Source: an uncultured delta proteobacterium (GTDB taxonomy: Bacteria; Desulfobacterota; Syntrophia; Syntrophales; UBA5619). From it: a DNA stretch of 64,000 nucleotides. The notes beneath the pieces were generated by a model, which saw only the letters and a list, made by a program, of their open reading frames with translations, did not search any database and was not told the DNA's origin. Shown here one piece after another: positions 30,321-39,941 of this stretch (position 1 is its first letter; the number at the start of each line of letters is the position of its first letter). The translations under genes were made by a program, and so were the position numbers. Location of the stretch: positions 160,001 through 224,000 of the forward strand of contig CAWFOM010000010.1 of the NCBI GenBank assembly GCA_963817385.1, written 5' to 3'.

Positions 30321-31991
30321 TTACAATAGAGGGATCAGCCGATAAACCGCATACCCGTTTGCATGATAGATCATTTCCGTTTCCCTACCCAAAAGCCGCA
30401 ATAATCGATCGATCGTTTCCGGGGGATAATTATCCCGCAGAAACTGATTGGATAAATCCATGCGCATCAGCAGATGGGTGCAGCCAAGAGAGTCAAGGTA
30501 TTTTCGAAAAGATCTGTCTTCGCCGGCATTTGCCGCGAGCCCACGCATAACATCCATCCCATAAGTTGCATCGTCTTCATAGATCCGATCCAGATAATAA
30601 CCGCGTCTCGCCAGAAACAGCAGCCTGATTCTGGCATTGGGGGGAGTGTGGCTGTTGATGTAACCGATGGCTGCATAACTTCTGATGTGTCGTTTCAGAT
30701 AGGCATCTCTCGTCTCCAGGTTGAGAACGTAATTCGTCGGCTGAAGACTCTGAAAATATTTATTCAGATAAATAACATTCCCGGCCCCGAGTATAAGCAG
30801 GAACAACAGGATGATACACGCATAAACAGACCTGAATGGCCCTGTCTTTTCCGACGTCCAGGCAAAGATATTCAGGATGCCCATGACGGTCAGAATGGAG
30901 AGAAAGGGGATCGCCGGCAGGATATAGCGTATGTGGAGTTGATCGAGAAAAAAGGCCGCAAGAATAAAAAAAACGGAAAAGAGTACAAAAAAAAGCTTGT
31001 CGCCATGGAGAGATCTTTTCATGAATGCGAAGGGAACCAGGAGAATCAGCATCGGATTCAGGACGCCATCGAAGTAGCGGCCTGAATAATCCTGTCCCTG
31101 GAAAAAAAATCGGAGTGGGATCAGTAGCGTCTCCCAGAAGCTTTCACCGTAGAGCATTTTCCTGAGCCTGAACATCCCCATGTAAACCTCTCCGGAAACC
31201 ATGGAACGTGCGCTTCCGTCAGGGGCAACGTTGTTTATTCCGGCGTTGAATAATCCCTTAAAGAGTGGATACAGAGGATTGCCGGTCAGGATCAGGTTTT
31301 TTATGAGCCAGGGAGAAAATACGCAGAGAGAAATGAGAAAAAAGATGATCCCGTACCGGATCGCCCGCCACTGTTCCCCCGTGTCCCGGGAATATAAGAA
31401 AACGACGGAGAACGACAGAAAAACCCAGGCAATCAGGGCATTGTACTTGGTTCCCAAAGCCAGCCCCATGGCGATGGAAGAGATCAAAAGCCATTTGAAT
31501 TCTTCATACGACCCCGTGCGCCAGTGAATAAAAGCGAGGACGCTAACCGTCGTAAAGAAGGCCAGGCCGAGATCGACGTAGGCCACGGTCGACATCCGCA
31601 AGACGATCGGCGTGCTAACAAAGACAAGAACTCCCAGCAGCCCCGCAACTCGATTGAAGTGACGGTTGAGATAGCGGTAAATAATCCATGCAGTTCCGAT
31701 CCCGAATCCCATATGGATAAAATTGGGAAGGATGTCGTTGTTGAAATACAGGGAGATGAGGTAGAGCAGGTCGATATTCATGGGATAGTAGGAGAAATCC
31801 GCCCATTTTATTTCATAGAATCCGCCATTAACCAGCCAGAGCTTGGGAATGGCCAGATGATGAATCAGGGCATCGCCGGCGATGGGGGGTGTCAGTGCGA
31901 TGACGATTACGATGAAGTACAATAGGAGAATCGCGACGGTAAGAAGCGTTTGAATGAAAAAGTTGATTCTGTTGGACTGAAGGATTTCCAT
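30321..31991 (-). CDS. ArnT/PMT-like (GT-C) polytopic glycosyltransferase
   Basis: PPIAGDALIHHLAIPK first loop, YYPMNIDLLY, AYVDLG, LGTKYNAL, PWLIKN..TGNPLYP, RYILP; many TM helices. Confidence 0.75.
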   Translation of the reverse strand: MEILQSNRINFFIQTLLTVAILLLYFIVIVIALTPPIAGDALIHHLAIPKLWLVNGGFYEIKWADFSYYPMNIDLLYLISLYFNNDILPNFIHMGFGIGTAWIIYRYLNRHFNRVAGLLGVLVFVSTPIVLRMSTVAYVDLGLAFFTTVSVLAFIHWRTGSYEEFKWLLISSIAMGLALGTKYNALIAWVFLSFSVVFLYSRDTGEQWRAIRYGIIFFLISLCVFSPWLIKNLILTGNPLYPLFKGLFNAGINNVAPDGSARSMVSGEVYMGMFRLRKMLYGESFWETLLIPLRFFFQGQDYSGRYFDGVLNPMLILLVPFAFMKRSLHGDKLFFVLFSVFFILAAFFLDQLHIRYILPAIPFLSILTVMGILNIFAWTSEKTGPFRSVYACIILLFLLILGAGNVIYLNKYFQSLQPTNYVLNLETRDAYLKRHIRSYAAIGYINSHTPPNARIRLLFLARRGYYLDRIYEDDATYGMDVMRGLAANAGEDRSFRKYLDSLGCTHLLMRMDLSNQFLRDNYPPETIDRLLRLLGRETEMIYHANGYAVYRLIPLL

Positions 31992-31996
31992 AAATA

Positions 31997-33568
31997 TTAG
32001 TCGGTTGAGCCCGTATTTGTATATATTCTAACTCTATAATTTCTTCTGCCAAGCAGTTCTCTCTCTTCTATTGATGAACCTTCGAACTGGTATGCTATAA
32101 ATGATTGCCAGTGTTCCGCGTCATATAGTAACTTTTGAGACATGGATGGTTGATAAGCAGTATATTCATTTGAAATAGGATAATAAAAACAGAAATTTAT
32201 CAAAACAAAATCATTTTCAGTATAAATAGTCGGATATGAAAGATTACTTTTTTTATAAATATGCCCCGGTTTTGAAATCTTAAATAGAGGTGGTGATTCG
32301 TTTATCAAATTTGAGGATTCAGTATTATTAATCTTAATTTTTTGCTTATATAAAACATCACCTGGATAAGCCAATGATAAATATTCGGATGAAAAATTGA
32401 TAAAAGAAATAAAAGAGACGAGAATTAATACAATAAAAAACACTTTTTGATGTTTTATATTAATGATTTCAACAATAAATGCAATTGTTGCCCATACGAA
32501 AAAAGGATAAAACAGATGCAGAAAGCGGCCATAAAACATCAATTTATGAAATATAACGGTCATTAAGCCATGAAATAATATTTCGATGAAAACAATTAAA
32601 ATTAAAATCTTAATAGGATTATCCGTTAAAGTGACGGTTTTATTTTTAATACCATCGTAAATAACTTTTATCAAATATGAAACAGTAAAAATCAGTATTA
32701 CGTAACCTATTAACCCTTCGACTTGTATTAAATATTTTGGTAAAAATGTAAACCCTTCTTCAAACGAACCTTGATTTTGGGAAATTGATTGAATAAAAAG
32801 TAATTTTAAAAAAGAAAGTCCACCGATGCGGGCAATAATCTCGTAAATAAATAAAACACTTACAGTTGATAATATCAAAACGAGAAGTTGCGTAATATTT
32901 TTGTTTCTGTGAAAATTATTTTGATTTGCAAATAAAAGCATTAAGAATATGAACGGGGGGACAACATAACTGCCGTCCCATGTGACAAAACTGAATCCTG
33001 CCAGTAATCCGACAATGATGATATTATTTACTGATAAGTGTGATTTCTTCTTAATGTTCTTTAAAAGATAATAAATAATTATCATAAAAAACAATAGGGA
33101 ATCATTGTAGGGCAGAATATGACGAATATACATATTGGTGTTTACCAAAAGTGAGTAAACAACAGTGCTTAAAATTGCTTGCAAAAATTTCTGATTAAAT
33201 AAAATGAGTGAAATATTATAGAAAATAATAAGTATTACTATCGAAATAATAACATTGAAAATTGTTTCAATTAAAAGTGATCGCGGATCATCATATTCAA
33301 TTGCAAAATATTTCTGCAATATTCTTTGTCCTAATGCCGGCATAAATCGAATAGTAGCTTCACCGGGCCGACCAAAAGTGGCTGAAATGGAATTACAAAA
33401 ATCTTTTACATCACCATTAAATAAATAACTTAATGCTGATACAGAATTGTAATGTATTTCTTCATCGGGAAATGAAACAGCTCCTCTGTCAATCAATACA
33501 AGACGATATATTCCAATAAAGGCAACAAATATTAAAAAAATATATGTTTTATAATTTATGGCTTTCAT
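31997..33568 (-). CDS. AT-rich polytopic membrane protein, probable GT-C glycosyltransferase
   Basis: FPDE acidic motif after TM1, RPG, YIRHILPY, YGRFL; about 11-12 hydrophobic segments; much lower GC than flanks. Confidence 0.6.
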   Translation of the reverse strand: MKAINYKTYIFLIFVAFIGIYRLVLIDRGAVSFPDEEIHYNSVSALSYLFNGDVKDFCNSISATFGRPGEATIRFMPALGQRILQKYFAIEYDDPRSLLIETIFNVIISIVILIIFYNISLILFNQKFLQAILSTVVYSLLVNTNMYIRHILPYNDSLLFFMIIIYYLLKNIKKKSHLSVNNIIIVGLLAGFSFVTWDGSYVVPPFIFLMLLFANQNNFHRNKNITQLLVLILSTVSVLFIYEIIARIGGLSFLKLLFIQSISQNQGSFEEGFTFLPKYLIQVEGLIGYVILIFTVSYLIKVIYDGIKNKTVTLTDNPIKILILIVFIEILFHGLMTVIFHKLMFYGRFLHLFYPFFVWATIAFIVEIINIKHQKVFFIVLILVSFISFINFSSEYLSLAYPGDVLYKQKIKINNTESSNLINESPPLFKISKPGHIYKKSNLSYPTIYTENDFVLINFCFYYPISNEYTAYQPSMSQKLLYDAEHWQSFIAYQFEGSSIEERELLGRRNYRVRIYTNTGSTD

Positions 33569-33615
33569 GGTTGCTTATTTTTGAGCCACCTGTTTGAGAA
33601 GCGTTAGTATTTGTT

Positions 33616-35046
33616 TCAAGGTGACGCCACTCCTGCCAATTGAGTCCAGCGGAGCACACTCTGCCACCAGTTCTCGCGTGCATCGCTCCCGGCTATGTGT
33701 GCGGCCAGTCGCATACCCATTTCTACATTTTCGTCCATACTGTTGTTCAAAAAAAGACCATGGCGTCCGATAGTATAAAAGTTCGGCACCTGATGCAGTT
33801 CGCTCAACAGGGCACACAATACCCGTTCAAACCCCAACCGGTAGATTGGGTAAGCGTATCGGATGCGCGTAACGAATTGTTCTTCCACGTTTTCCGGTTG
33901 CAAAATACCCATCTGCACCAGGTCTTTGACTGCCATCATGCCCAGATCCGCATCGGTCGCTCGCCAGAGATTGTCTTCGTAGCGGCAACTGGCCTCGACG
34001 CACAACACTGTCTTGTCTTCGGGTAGCAGGTCCGGGCTGACGTTCTTCTGCTCAGAAAAACGATTACACTTGAACTTGGGCTCGATCAGGTAACACCAGT
34101 GATAATCGGTTACGCGGGGACAGTTGATCACCAGGTAGACCAATATCAAGCTGCAATAATCCAGTTTTTCTGCCATCTCCAGAGTCGTCGGCGAGAGCAC
34201 CGGAGCAAGCATCGGCGTGACAACCGACAGAGGCAACGTGGAGACGAGTCCCTGGCAGAAGATGACGCGTTCCTTGCCAGCGTGCTCGTAGGCCACAGAA
34301 CGCACCTTTTGCCCATCGGTCTCGATGCGCGTGGCTGTGGCGTTGACGTGAACCTTTCCGCCGGATGCCAGTACCTCCTCGGCCATGCGTTGGTATAGAT
34401 TACCTATCCCGTCGTGGGGATAGAAATATTGGATGAAGTACGTCTCCGGGTCGGCCGTGAACTTGAGCATACGGAGAATGATGTTCTTCAGATTCAACTT
34501 AGCCACGCGGTGCGCCTGGCGCGAAGAAACTTGCGACATAGAAATACCCCAAACCTTTTCGGAATAGAGTCCGAAAAAGGTATTATAAAGCGTGCGCCCC
34601 AGGTTGCGCACCCCCCAATCTTCGAACGAGTCCTCCTGTTTTGCCGGGTTAAGGGCGTAGCGCAGTGCGGCATAAATGTAATCCCATCCAATCCGCAGCC
34701 CTAACCCTATGCTGACCTTGCGCACTGTCTCGGATATCTCAGGCGGGTAGACGAAGTACTTACCCTTCAGGAACAGGCGTGTGCCCCGGTCGAGCAGACG
34801 GTATTGACCATTGAGCAAGGACTGCACCTCGGACACGACCCGGCGGCTGGACTCCGTCTCGCGGATGTGGAACGTGTGCGGGCCGTAGTCGTAGCGCAGA
34901 CCAGCGCGATGAGAAATTGTCTTCGCCAGGCCACCGACCACTCTGTCCTGTTCAATAACCTCGACCGGGATGCCGCGTTTAGCCAGTTGCCAGGCCGCCG
35001 ATATGCCGGCAGGGCCTGCTCCAATCACGACTACGGGTTCAACCAT
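33616..35046 (-). CDS. FAD-dependent oxidoreductase, UDP-galactopyranose mutase-like
   Basis: IGAGPAG, VGGLAKT, DYGPHTFH (compare Glf YGxHIFH), AYPIY, GRHGLF...MD. Confidence 0.75.
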   Translation of the reverse strand: MVEPVVVIGAGPAGISAAWQLAKRGIPVEVIEQDRVVGGLAKTISHRAGLRYDYGPHTFHIRETESSRRVVSEVQSLLNGQYRLLDRGTRLFLKGKYFVYPPEISETVRKVSIGLGLRIGWDYIYAALRYALNPAKQEDSFEDWGVRNLGRTLYNTFFGLYSEKVWGISMSQVSSRQAHRVAKLNLKNIILRMLKFTADPETYFIQYFYPHDGIGNLYQRMAEEVLASGGKVHVNATATRIETDGQKVRSVAYEHAGKERVIFCQGLVSTLPLSVVTPMLAPVLSPTTLEMAEKLDYCSLILVYLVINCPRVTDYHWCYLIEPKFKCNRFSEQKNVSPDLLPEDKTVLCVEASCRYEDNLWRATDADLGMMAVKDLVQMGILQPENVEEQFVTRIRYAYPIYRLGFERVLCALLSELHQVPNFYTIGRHGLFLNNSMDENVEMGMRLAAHIAGSDARENWWQSVLRWTQLAGVASP

Positions 35047-35987
35047 GGGGGGCTTCCTCTCTGCGTCTTAAAAATTCGGCGAACCGGTGAAGCCCTTCCT
35101 CCAGAGGTATTTGGGGCCGGAAACGGAAACCATTGTGCCATCGCCTCCTTCGAAGCAGAGAAGTTGATGTATTCTGGCACTTGCCCGGTGTGGTCGATTT
35201 CGAGCTCCGCCAGGCCGAAGGTACGGGCGGCAATCTCCACCAGCTCGTTAATCGTTAGTGGCGATCCGCTGCAAAAGTCTACTGTGAGGTTCCATTGGTC
35301 ACTTTCCAGAACGGTCAGGACACCACGGATCGCATCCTCCACGTACATTGCGTCAATGTAGTTGCGTCCGTCACCCCGGACGGTGAACTGTGGTACGCGC
35401 TCAAAAGCAAAGCGACGCACCAGCCGGGTATAGAGCTTGCGCGGGGGTTCATAAGGACCGTAAGCGCCGAAGAAACGCAGATTGACGTACTGCCCAACCC
35501 GTCCCCGGTGCGTAAACGCCTGCGCATAATGCTCGCAGGCCAAGTTGGAAATTGCATAGGGCAGTCGGGGAGAAACAGTTACAACCGGAGAAACGGGGCC
35601 TGACAGTCCATCGTAAACCGCCCCCGAGGAAAAATAAATCAACCTGTCGATCTCAAAGTGGCTCAGGAAATGCAGAAACGTGACCACGGTGGCTTGCAAG
35701 TCAAGGAAGGGGTGCTCGACGGAGTATGCCGGGTCTCCATTGGCGGCCAGGAAGACGCAGGCATCGAACCGCGTCCCCACCCGGCGAGCCAACTCACGCA
35801 CCGCCTCCTCATTGGTCAAGTCACAGCCGACGGCGGTGACTTGCGGCAGGTTTTTCTGTTTGACCCATGTTGGAAAATCACGGCTGTTGTGGTACACAGC
35901 GACCACTTCCCAATCGATCGGGGTAGCCAGGATCAGATTGCGTCCTATGAAGCCAGAGGCGCCGGGAACAATCAGGCGTAGCGTCAT
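35039..35987 (-). CDS. NAD-dependent epimerase/dehydratase (extended SDR), frameshift near 35120
   Basis: GASGFIG, SSGAVY, RFFGAYGP, GDGRNYID; the likely true C-terminus PQIPLEEGLHRF lies in the frame ending at 35039, overlapping the next start. Confidence 0.85.
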
Positions 35988-36940
35988 TCTTGATGTTCCC
36001 CGTACCAGGCGATTGTCCGTGATAGCCCTTCTTCCAGGCCGACAATCGGTTCGTACCCCAGACGTTGCCTCGCTTTTTGGATCGAGGGTACGCGTACCTG
36101 CACGTCGGGCATGGTCGCCTCGGCGAACTGTATGTGCGTATGATTGCCTGTCAACCTGACGATGTGCTCCGCCAGCCCCAGGATCGAGGTCGTCTGCTTG
36201 GGATCGCCGATGTTGAATACCTGACCGACCGCTTCCTCTTTTTCCAAAGCCAGTAGAACGCCATCGATAAAGTCGTCGATGTAACACCAGGCGCGGATCT
36301 GATTGCCATCGCCGTAGACGGTCAGGGGGATTCTCTGCATGGCCGCCACGATGAAGCGGTGGATTGCTCCTTCACCCACCTGCCGAGGGCCATAGATGTT
36401 GAATGGCCTGATCGTAACCACAGGCAGGCCATATTCTTCGTAATAGCAGTGCGTCAGGTGCTCGGCAGCCAACTTGCTGACCGCGTAAGCCCAGCGCATC
36501 TCGCCGACTGGTCCCTGGGTGGTCAGGCCATTCTCGTCGGCGCGGTAGACGTAAGGACCGTACACCTCGCTGGTTGAAAAATCTATGAAGCGCGTCACTC
36601 CACCAATCGCGATTGCTGTATCCAGGACATTCTTGGTACCCATCAAGTTGACGTTCATCGTGACGATAGGCCTTTTGATGACGGTATCAATGCCGGCAAT
36701 GGCTGCCAAGTGTACGACGATCTGACAGCCAGCTGTAGCCCGCTGCAACTCAGCCACGTCCAGAACATCCCCTTTGAGAAAAGTGACGTTAGGCATATCC
36801 AATAACTGGGTGAAGCGGATGGCATTGCGATGCCCATTGTCGTAGAGCACGATCCGGTTATGCGGCGCCAATCGCTCGCACAGGTGCGATCCGATAAACC
36901 CGCCTCCCCCTGTGATCAAGATCTGTTTACCTTGAATCAA
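35984..36940 (-). CDS. NAD-dependent epimerase/dehydratase, ArnA/UXS decarboxylase-like
   Basis: [49 protein letters not shown] start behind GGAGG. Confidence 0.88.
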   Translation of the reverse strand: MIQGKQILITGGGGFIGSHLCERLAPHNRIVLYDNGHRNAIRFTQLLDMPNVTFLKGDVLDVAELQRATAGCQIVVHLAAIAGIDTVIKRPIVTMNVNLMGTKNVLDTAIAIGGVTRFIDFSTSEVYGPYVYRADENGLTTQGPVGEMRWAYAVSKLAAEHLTHCYYEEYGLPVVTIRPFNIYGPRQVGEGAIHRFIVAAMQRIPLTVYGDGNQIRAWCYIDDFIDGVLLALEKEEAVGQVFNIGDPKQTTSILGLAEHIVRLTGNHTHIQFAEATMPDVQVRVPSIQKARQRLGYEPIVGLEEGLSRTIAWYGEHQE

Positions 36941-37561
36941 ATCGAACCTCCGCCTTCAATCTTCAATATTTCTTGATTGAGCATAGAATGATTAAAGGTG
37001 TTTCCACAAATAATCGTGCAGTTCGCACCCAACGTTGCACCCTTCTTAACGAGAGTCGCCCTGGTCTCGGACACGCGCCGGATGTGGGCGCGGGGGTTAA
37101 AGACGTTCGTAAAAAACTATGCTCGGTCCGCAGAAGACGTTGTCTTCCAGAGTGACGCCTTTATAGATGGAAACATTATTTAGAATCTTGCATCCCTTTC
37201 CGATGGTGACGCCCGGTCCGATGACCACATTTTGGTCGATGTTGCAGTATTCTCCAATTGCGCAGCCCCTGAGTATGTGAGAGAAATGCCAGATCCGGGA
37301 GCCGTTTCCAATCGTAACGTCGTCATCAATCCTTGACGTTTCATGGACAAAGTATGGCGACTGATCTGCGGATTCCGGTAATCCGGCTGCTAGTCTTTTC
37401 AGGTAGACAGCCTTGCTGCTATTTTCAAGTGACTGCTGCGCTGCATGAAGGACCTGCTGGACCCGCAGACCTTCCTGTCCGTCCGTTACCGGGTTTTGTC
37501 CCGTCTGGATACAATGCAGGAACTGTCTGCATTCGGCATTCAACGGTTCTTCCTGCGCCAA
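36937..37561 (-). pseudogene. Truncated Gfo/Idh/MocA-oxidoreductase + WbpD-like N-acetyltransferase fusion
   Basis: Only the C-terminal EPLxxEC..F..CI.TG..P.TDG.EGLRV segment of the oxidoreductase remains, then hexapeptide repeats FVHETS...IWHFSH...VFCGPS. After a frameshift the frame reads TNVFNPRA...[15 protein letters not shown], then homology stops abruptly. Confidence 0.75.
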
Positions 37562-37737
37562 TGACGGCTATATTGGGAGTTATCAGTTGAGGAATCACTG
37601 TCATGTATTATAAAAGCACGCAATAAAAATGCGCAGACTTCAAAGTCCGTCGCGTCGGTTGAATTTTTTCCAATAGCCAACCGAATATCCGGGTGCTTAC
37701 CTAGGAAACACGTTATGTTGCTTTCCTGATTATGTCA

Positions 37738-37775
37738 ATAGCAATGTAAGCATAGCAATGTAAGCATCCGTAAGC
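37738..37775. repeat. 14-bp tandem repeat ATAGCAATGTAAGC x2 plus partial GTAAGC
   Basis: Read directly in the intergenic region between the divergent glycosylation operons. Confidence 0.8.
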
Positions 37776-38053
37776 GTCAGGAGGTATGTCTGCGCCGGGG
37801 TTGCTTTCAGCGTCGTTTACTTTTTACAGATGATTTTGCCTTTGCGCAGATAAAAGGTTGCCGGTCGGGCAATATTTTGCTACACGTCATCACGGCAGAT
37901 GATATGCAGGAATGCTACCAGCGCCTTTCCCGTAAACACGGTGTCGGGGAAACCAGAAATTTAGGGAAGGAATGAGAAACCGAGCAGATCGAGTTGATCA
38001 TTCCAAAATAACCTTTTCCGGTTTCCCAAAGTAAGGGAAAACCGAGGGAATCG

Positions 38054-38250
38054 ATGAATGAAATGAGATAGTCCCAGTCAGCACGCTCGAGAAGAGCTGC
38101 TGGTTTCTCTTGTACTGTGCGTTCTCGTATTGGCCTGCTACTGACCGGTCCACGACTTTGGATTCGTCGACTACGACGACCAGCTCTACGTCACGGAGAA
38201 TCCCCGGGTCAAGATGGGGCTCACGATGGAGGGGCTTTCGTTGGCGTCCT
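38054..38250 (+). pseudogene. N-terminal relic of a third TMTC-like glycosyltransferase
   Basis: Frame from 38088 reads REELLVSLVLCVLVLACY*PVHDFGFVDYDDQLYVTENPRVKMGLTMEGLS, matching FKFVxYDD.YI..N..I..GF of copies 1 and 2, with an in-frame TGA at 38142 and no continuation. Confidence 0.7.
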
Positions 38251-38314
38251 CCAGGGAAGATCATCGAAAAAAAGGGCTTGATCGCGGAAAGCATTGGAGG
38301 AGATCAGAAGATTC

Positions 38315-39067
38315 ATGTACAGGGACCATAAAATCATTGTCGTCATGCCGGCCTACAATGCGGCAAAGACCCTCCGGAAGACCTACGACGAGGTCATGGA
38401 ACAAGGCATCGTGGATCTGGTGATACTCGTGGATGACGCGAGCCGGGATGAAACCTCGGCCATCGCGTCCGGCCTGCCCCATACGAGGATGTTTGTCCAT
38501 GAACGGAACAAAGGTTACGGCGGCAATCAGAAGACCTGCTACCGCATGGCCCTGAAGGCGGGGGCGGATATCATCATCATGGTCCATCCCGACTATCAGT
38601 ACACGCCCAAGCTGATTCCGGCGATGGCCGCTATGATCGGAAACGACCTATACCCCTGCGTCCTCGGATCGCGGATCCTGGGAGGATACGCTTTGAAGGG
38701 GGGCATGCCGGTCTGGAAGTACATCGCCAATCGGTTTCTTACGCTAGCCGAAAACATACTGCTGGGTGCGAAGCTCTCCGAGTATCACACCGGATACCGC
38801 GCCTTCTCCCGGGAGCTGCTGGAACGCCTTGCCCTCGACGGTAATTCGGACGATTACCTCTTCGACAACCAAATGCTCGCGCAAATTATCTGGCAGGGTT
38901 ACACGATCGCCGAGGTGAGTTGCCCGACAAAATATTTTATGGAGGCCTCCTCGATCAGCCTCCGGCGCAGCATCCGCTATGGACTGGGCTGTCTCTGGAC
39001 AGCGCTGACCTTTCGTCTGGCCAGAATTGGGATAATCCGTTCCAGGCTATTTCCGGTGACCGAATGA
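38315..39067 (+). CDS. GT2 glycosyltransferase, DPM1-like (polyprenol-phosphate sugar synthase)
   Basis: VVMPAYNA, LVDDASRD, NKGYGGNQK, HPDYQY, GSR, EYHTGYRAF, FDNQML. Confidence 0.88.
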   Translation: MYRDHKIIVVMPAYNAAKTLRKTYDEVMEQGIVDLVILVDDASRDETSAIASGLPHTRMFVHERNKGYGGNQKTCYRMALKAGADIIIMVHPDYQYTPKLIPAMAAMIGNDLYPCVLGSRILGGYALKGGMPVWKYIANRFLTLAENILLGAKLSEYHTGYRAFSRELLERLALDGNSDDYLFDNQMLAQIIWQGYTIAEVSCPTKYFMEASSISLRRSIRYGLGCLWTALTFRLARIGIIRSRLFPVTE

Positions 39068-39831
39068 CCCCTTCCTGCGGCAACCGTTTTGAGGATTTCT
39101 TTGCGGACAACGCCTATGTTTCATTGAAGAATCTTCTCTATAACTATCTCTTGCGGAAACGGGCGGTCTTAAATTGTATGCAGGGAAGGGAGGGGGGGCT
39201 TATCTTGGAGGTTGGAAGTGGTCTGTCGCCAATGGCGACAAACACAGATGACGTTGTTTTTTCCGAGCTCTCCTTTCCGGCACTCCGGACTCTTATAAAA
39301 TGCCGAAGAAAGGGTTGCTTTGTAACTGCAGATGCCATGCACTTGCCCTTCAAATCAGAATCCTTTTCTTGGGTCATATGCTCGGAAGTCCTGGAACATC
39401 TTCAAGACGATCGGTCTGCCCTCATGGAGATAGCTGCGGTTATGAAACAAGGAGGGAGCCTGATTCTGACATTTCCCCACCGGCGCTGCTATTTTGCTTG
39501 TGATGACCGCTATGTGAACCATTTGCGTCGATTTGAGCTAAGTGAGATGGAAGATCGACTGAGGGAAGCTGGATTGAATCCTGTGGCAGTACAAAAAGTT
39601 CTCGGACCTCTGGAAAAAATTACGATGTTCCTTGTTATCTCAGCGATAACCCTTATGCAACGGTTTAGACACGTGCAAAGTGATGCAGCAATCCCACCCT
39701 GGATGTGGAAGATCATTATACCGCTTTTTAAGTGGACCAATTATCTCTTCTCCCTGCCGATCTGGCTTGACGCACAGATCGCGCCACGTTTTCTCTCATC
39801 GGTTCTTCTCATTAGATCGGTTAAATTGTAA
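39064..39831 (+). CDS. Class I SAM-dependent methyltransferase
   Basis: ILEVGSG, ADAMHLPF, CSEVLEH, HLRRF; ATGA overlap with the GT2 gene. Confidence 0.88.
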   Translation: MTPSCGNRFEDFFADNAYVSLKNLLYNYLLRKRAVLNCMQGREGGLILEVGSGLSPMATNTDDVVFSELSFPALRTLIKCRRKGCFVTADAMHLPFKSESFSWVICSEVLEHLQDDRSALMEIAAVMKQGGSLILTFPHRRCYFACDDRYVNHLRRFELSEMEDRLREAGLNPVAVQKVLGPLEKITMFLVISAITLMQRFRHVQSDAAIPPWMWKIIIPLFKWTNYLFSLPIWLDAQIAPRFLSSVLLIRSVKL

Positions 39832-39941
39832 CAACTGAAAGGAATTATCAGCCCGGGCATGATGGAGATAAGTCCGCCTCTTTATTATTTCCCGGAGGTT
39901 ACATGACGCAGGAGTGGGATAAAACCGACGAGAAATATCTC

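Noticed and set aside
35988..36287. N-terminal extension of the second epimerase ORF
   Set aside because: Overlaps the upstream epimerase; the Rossmann motif begins right after ATG 35987, which forms an ATGA overlap.
38142..38144. In-frame TGA as selenocysteine
   Set aside because: It falls where Trp (TGG) is plausible in a truncated relic, with no redox motif or evident SECIS.
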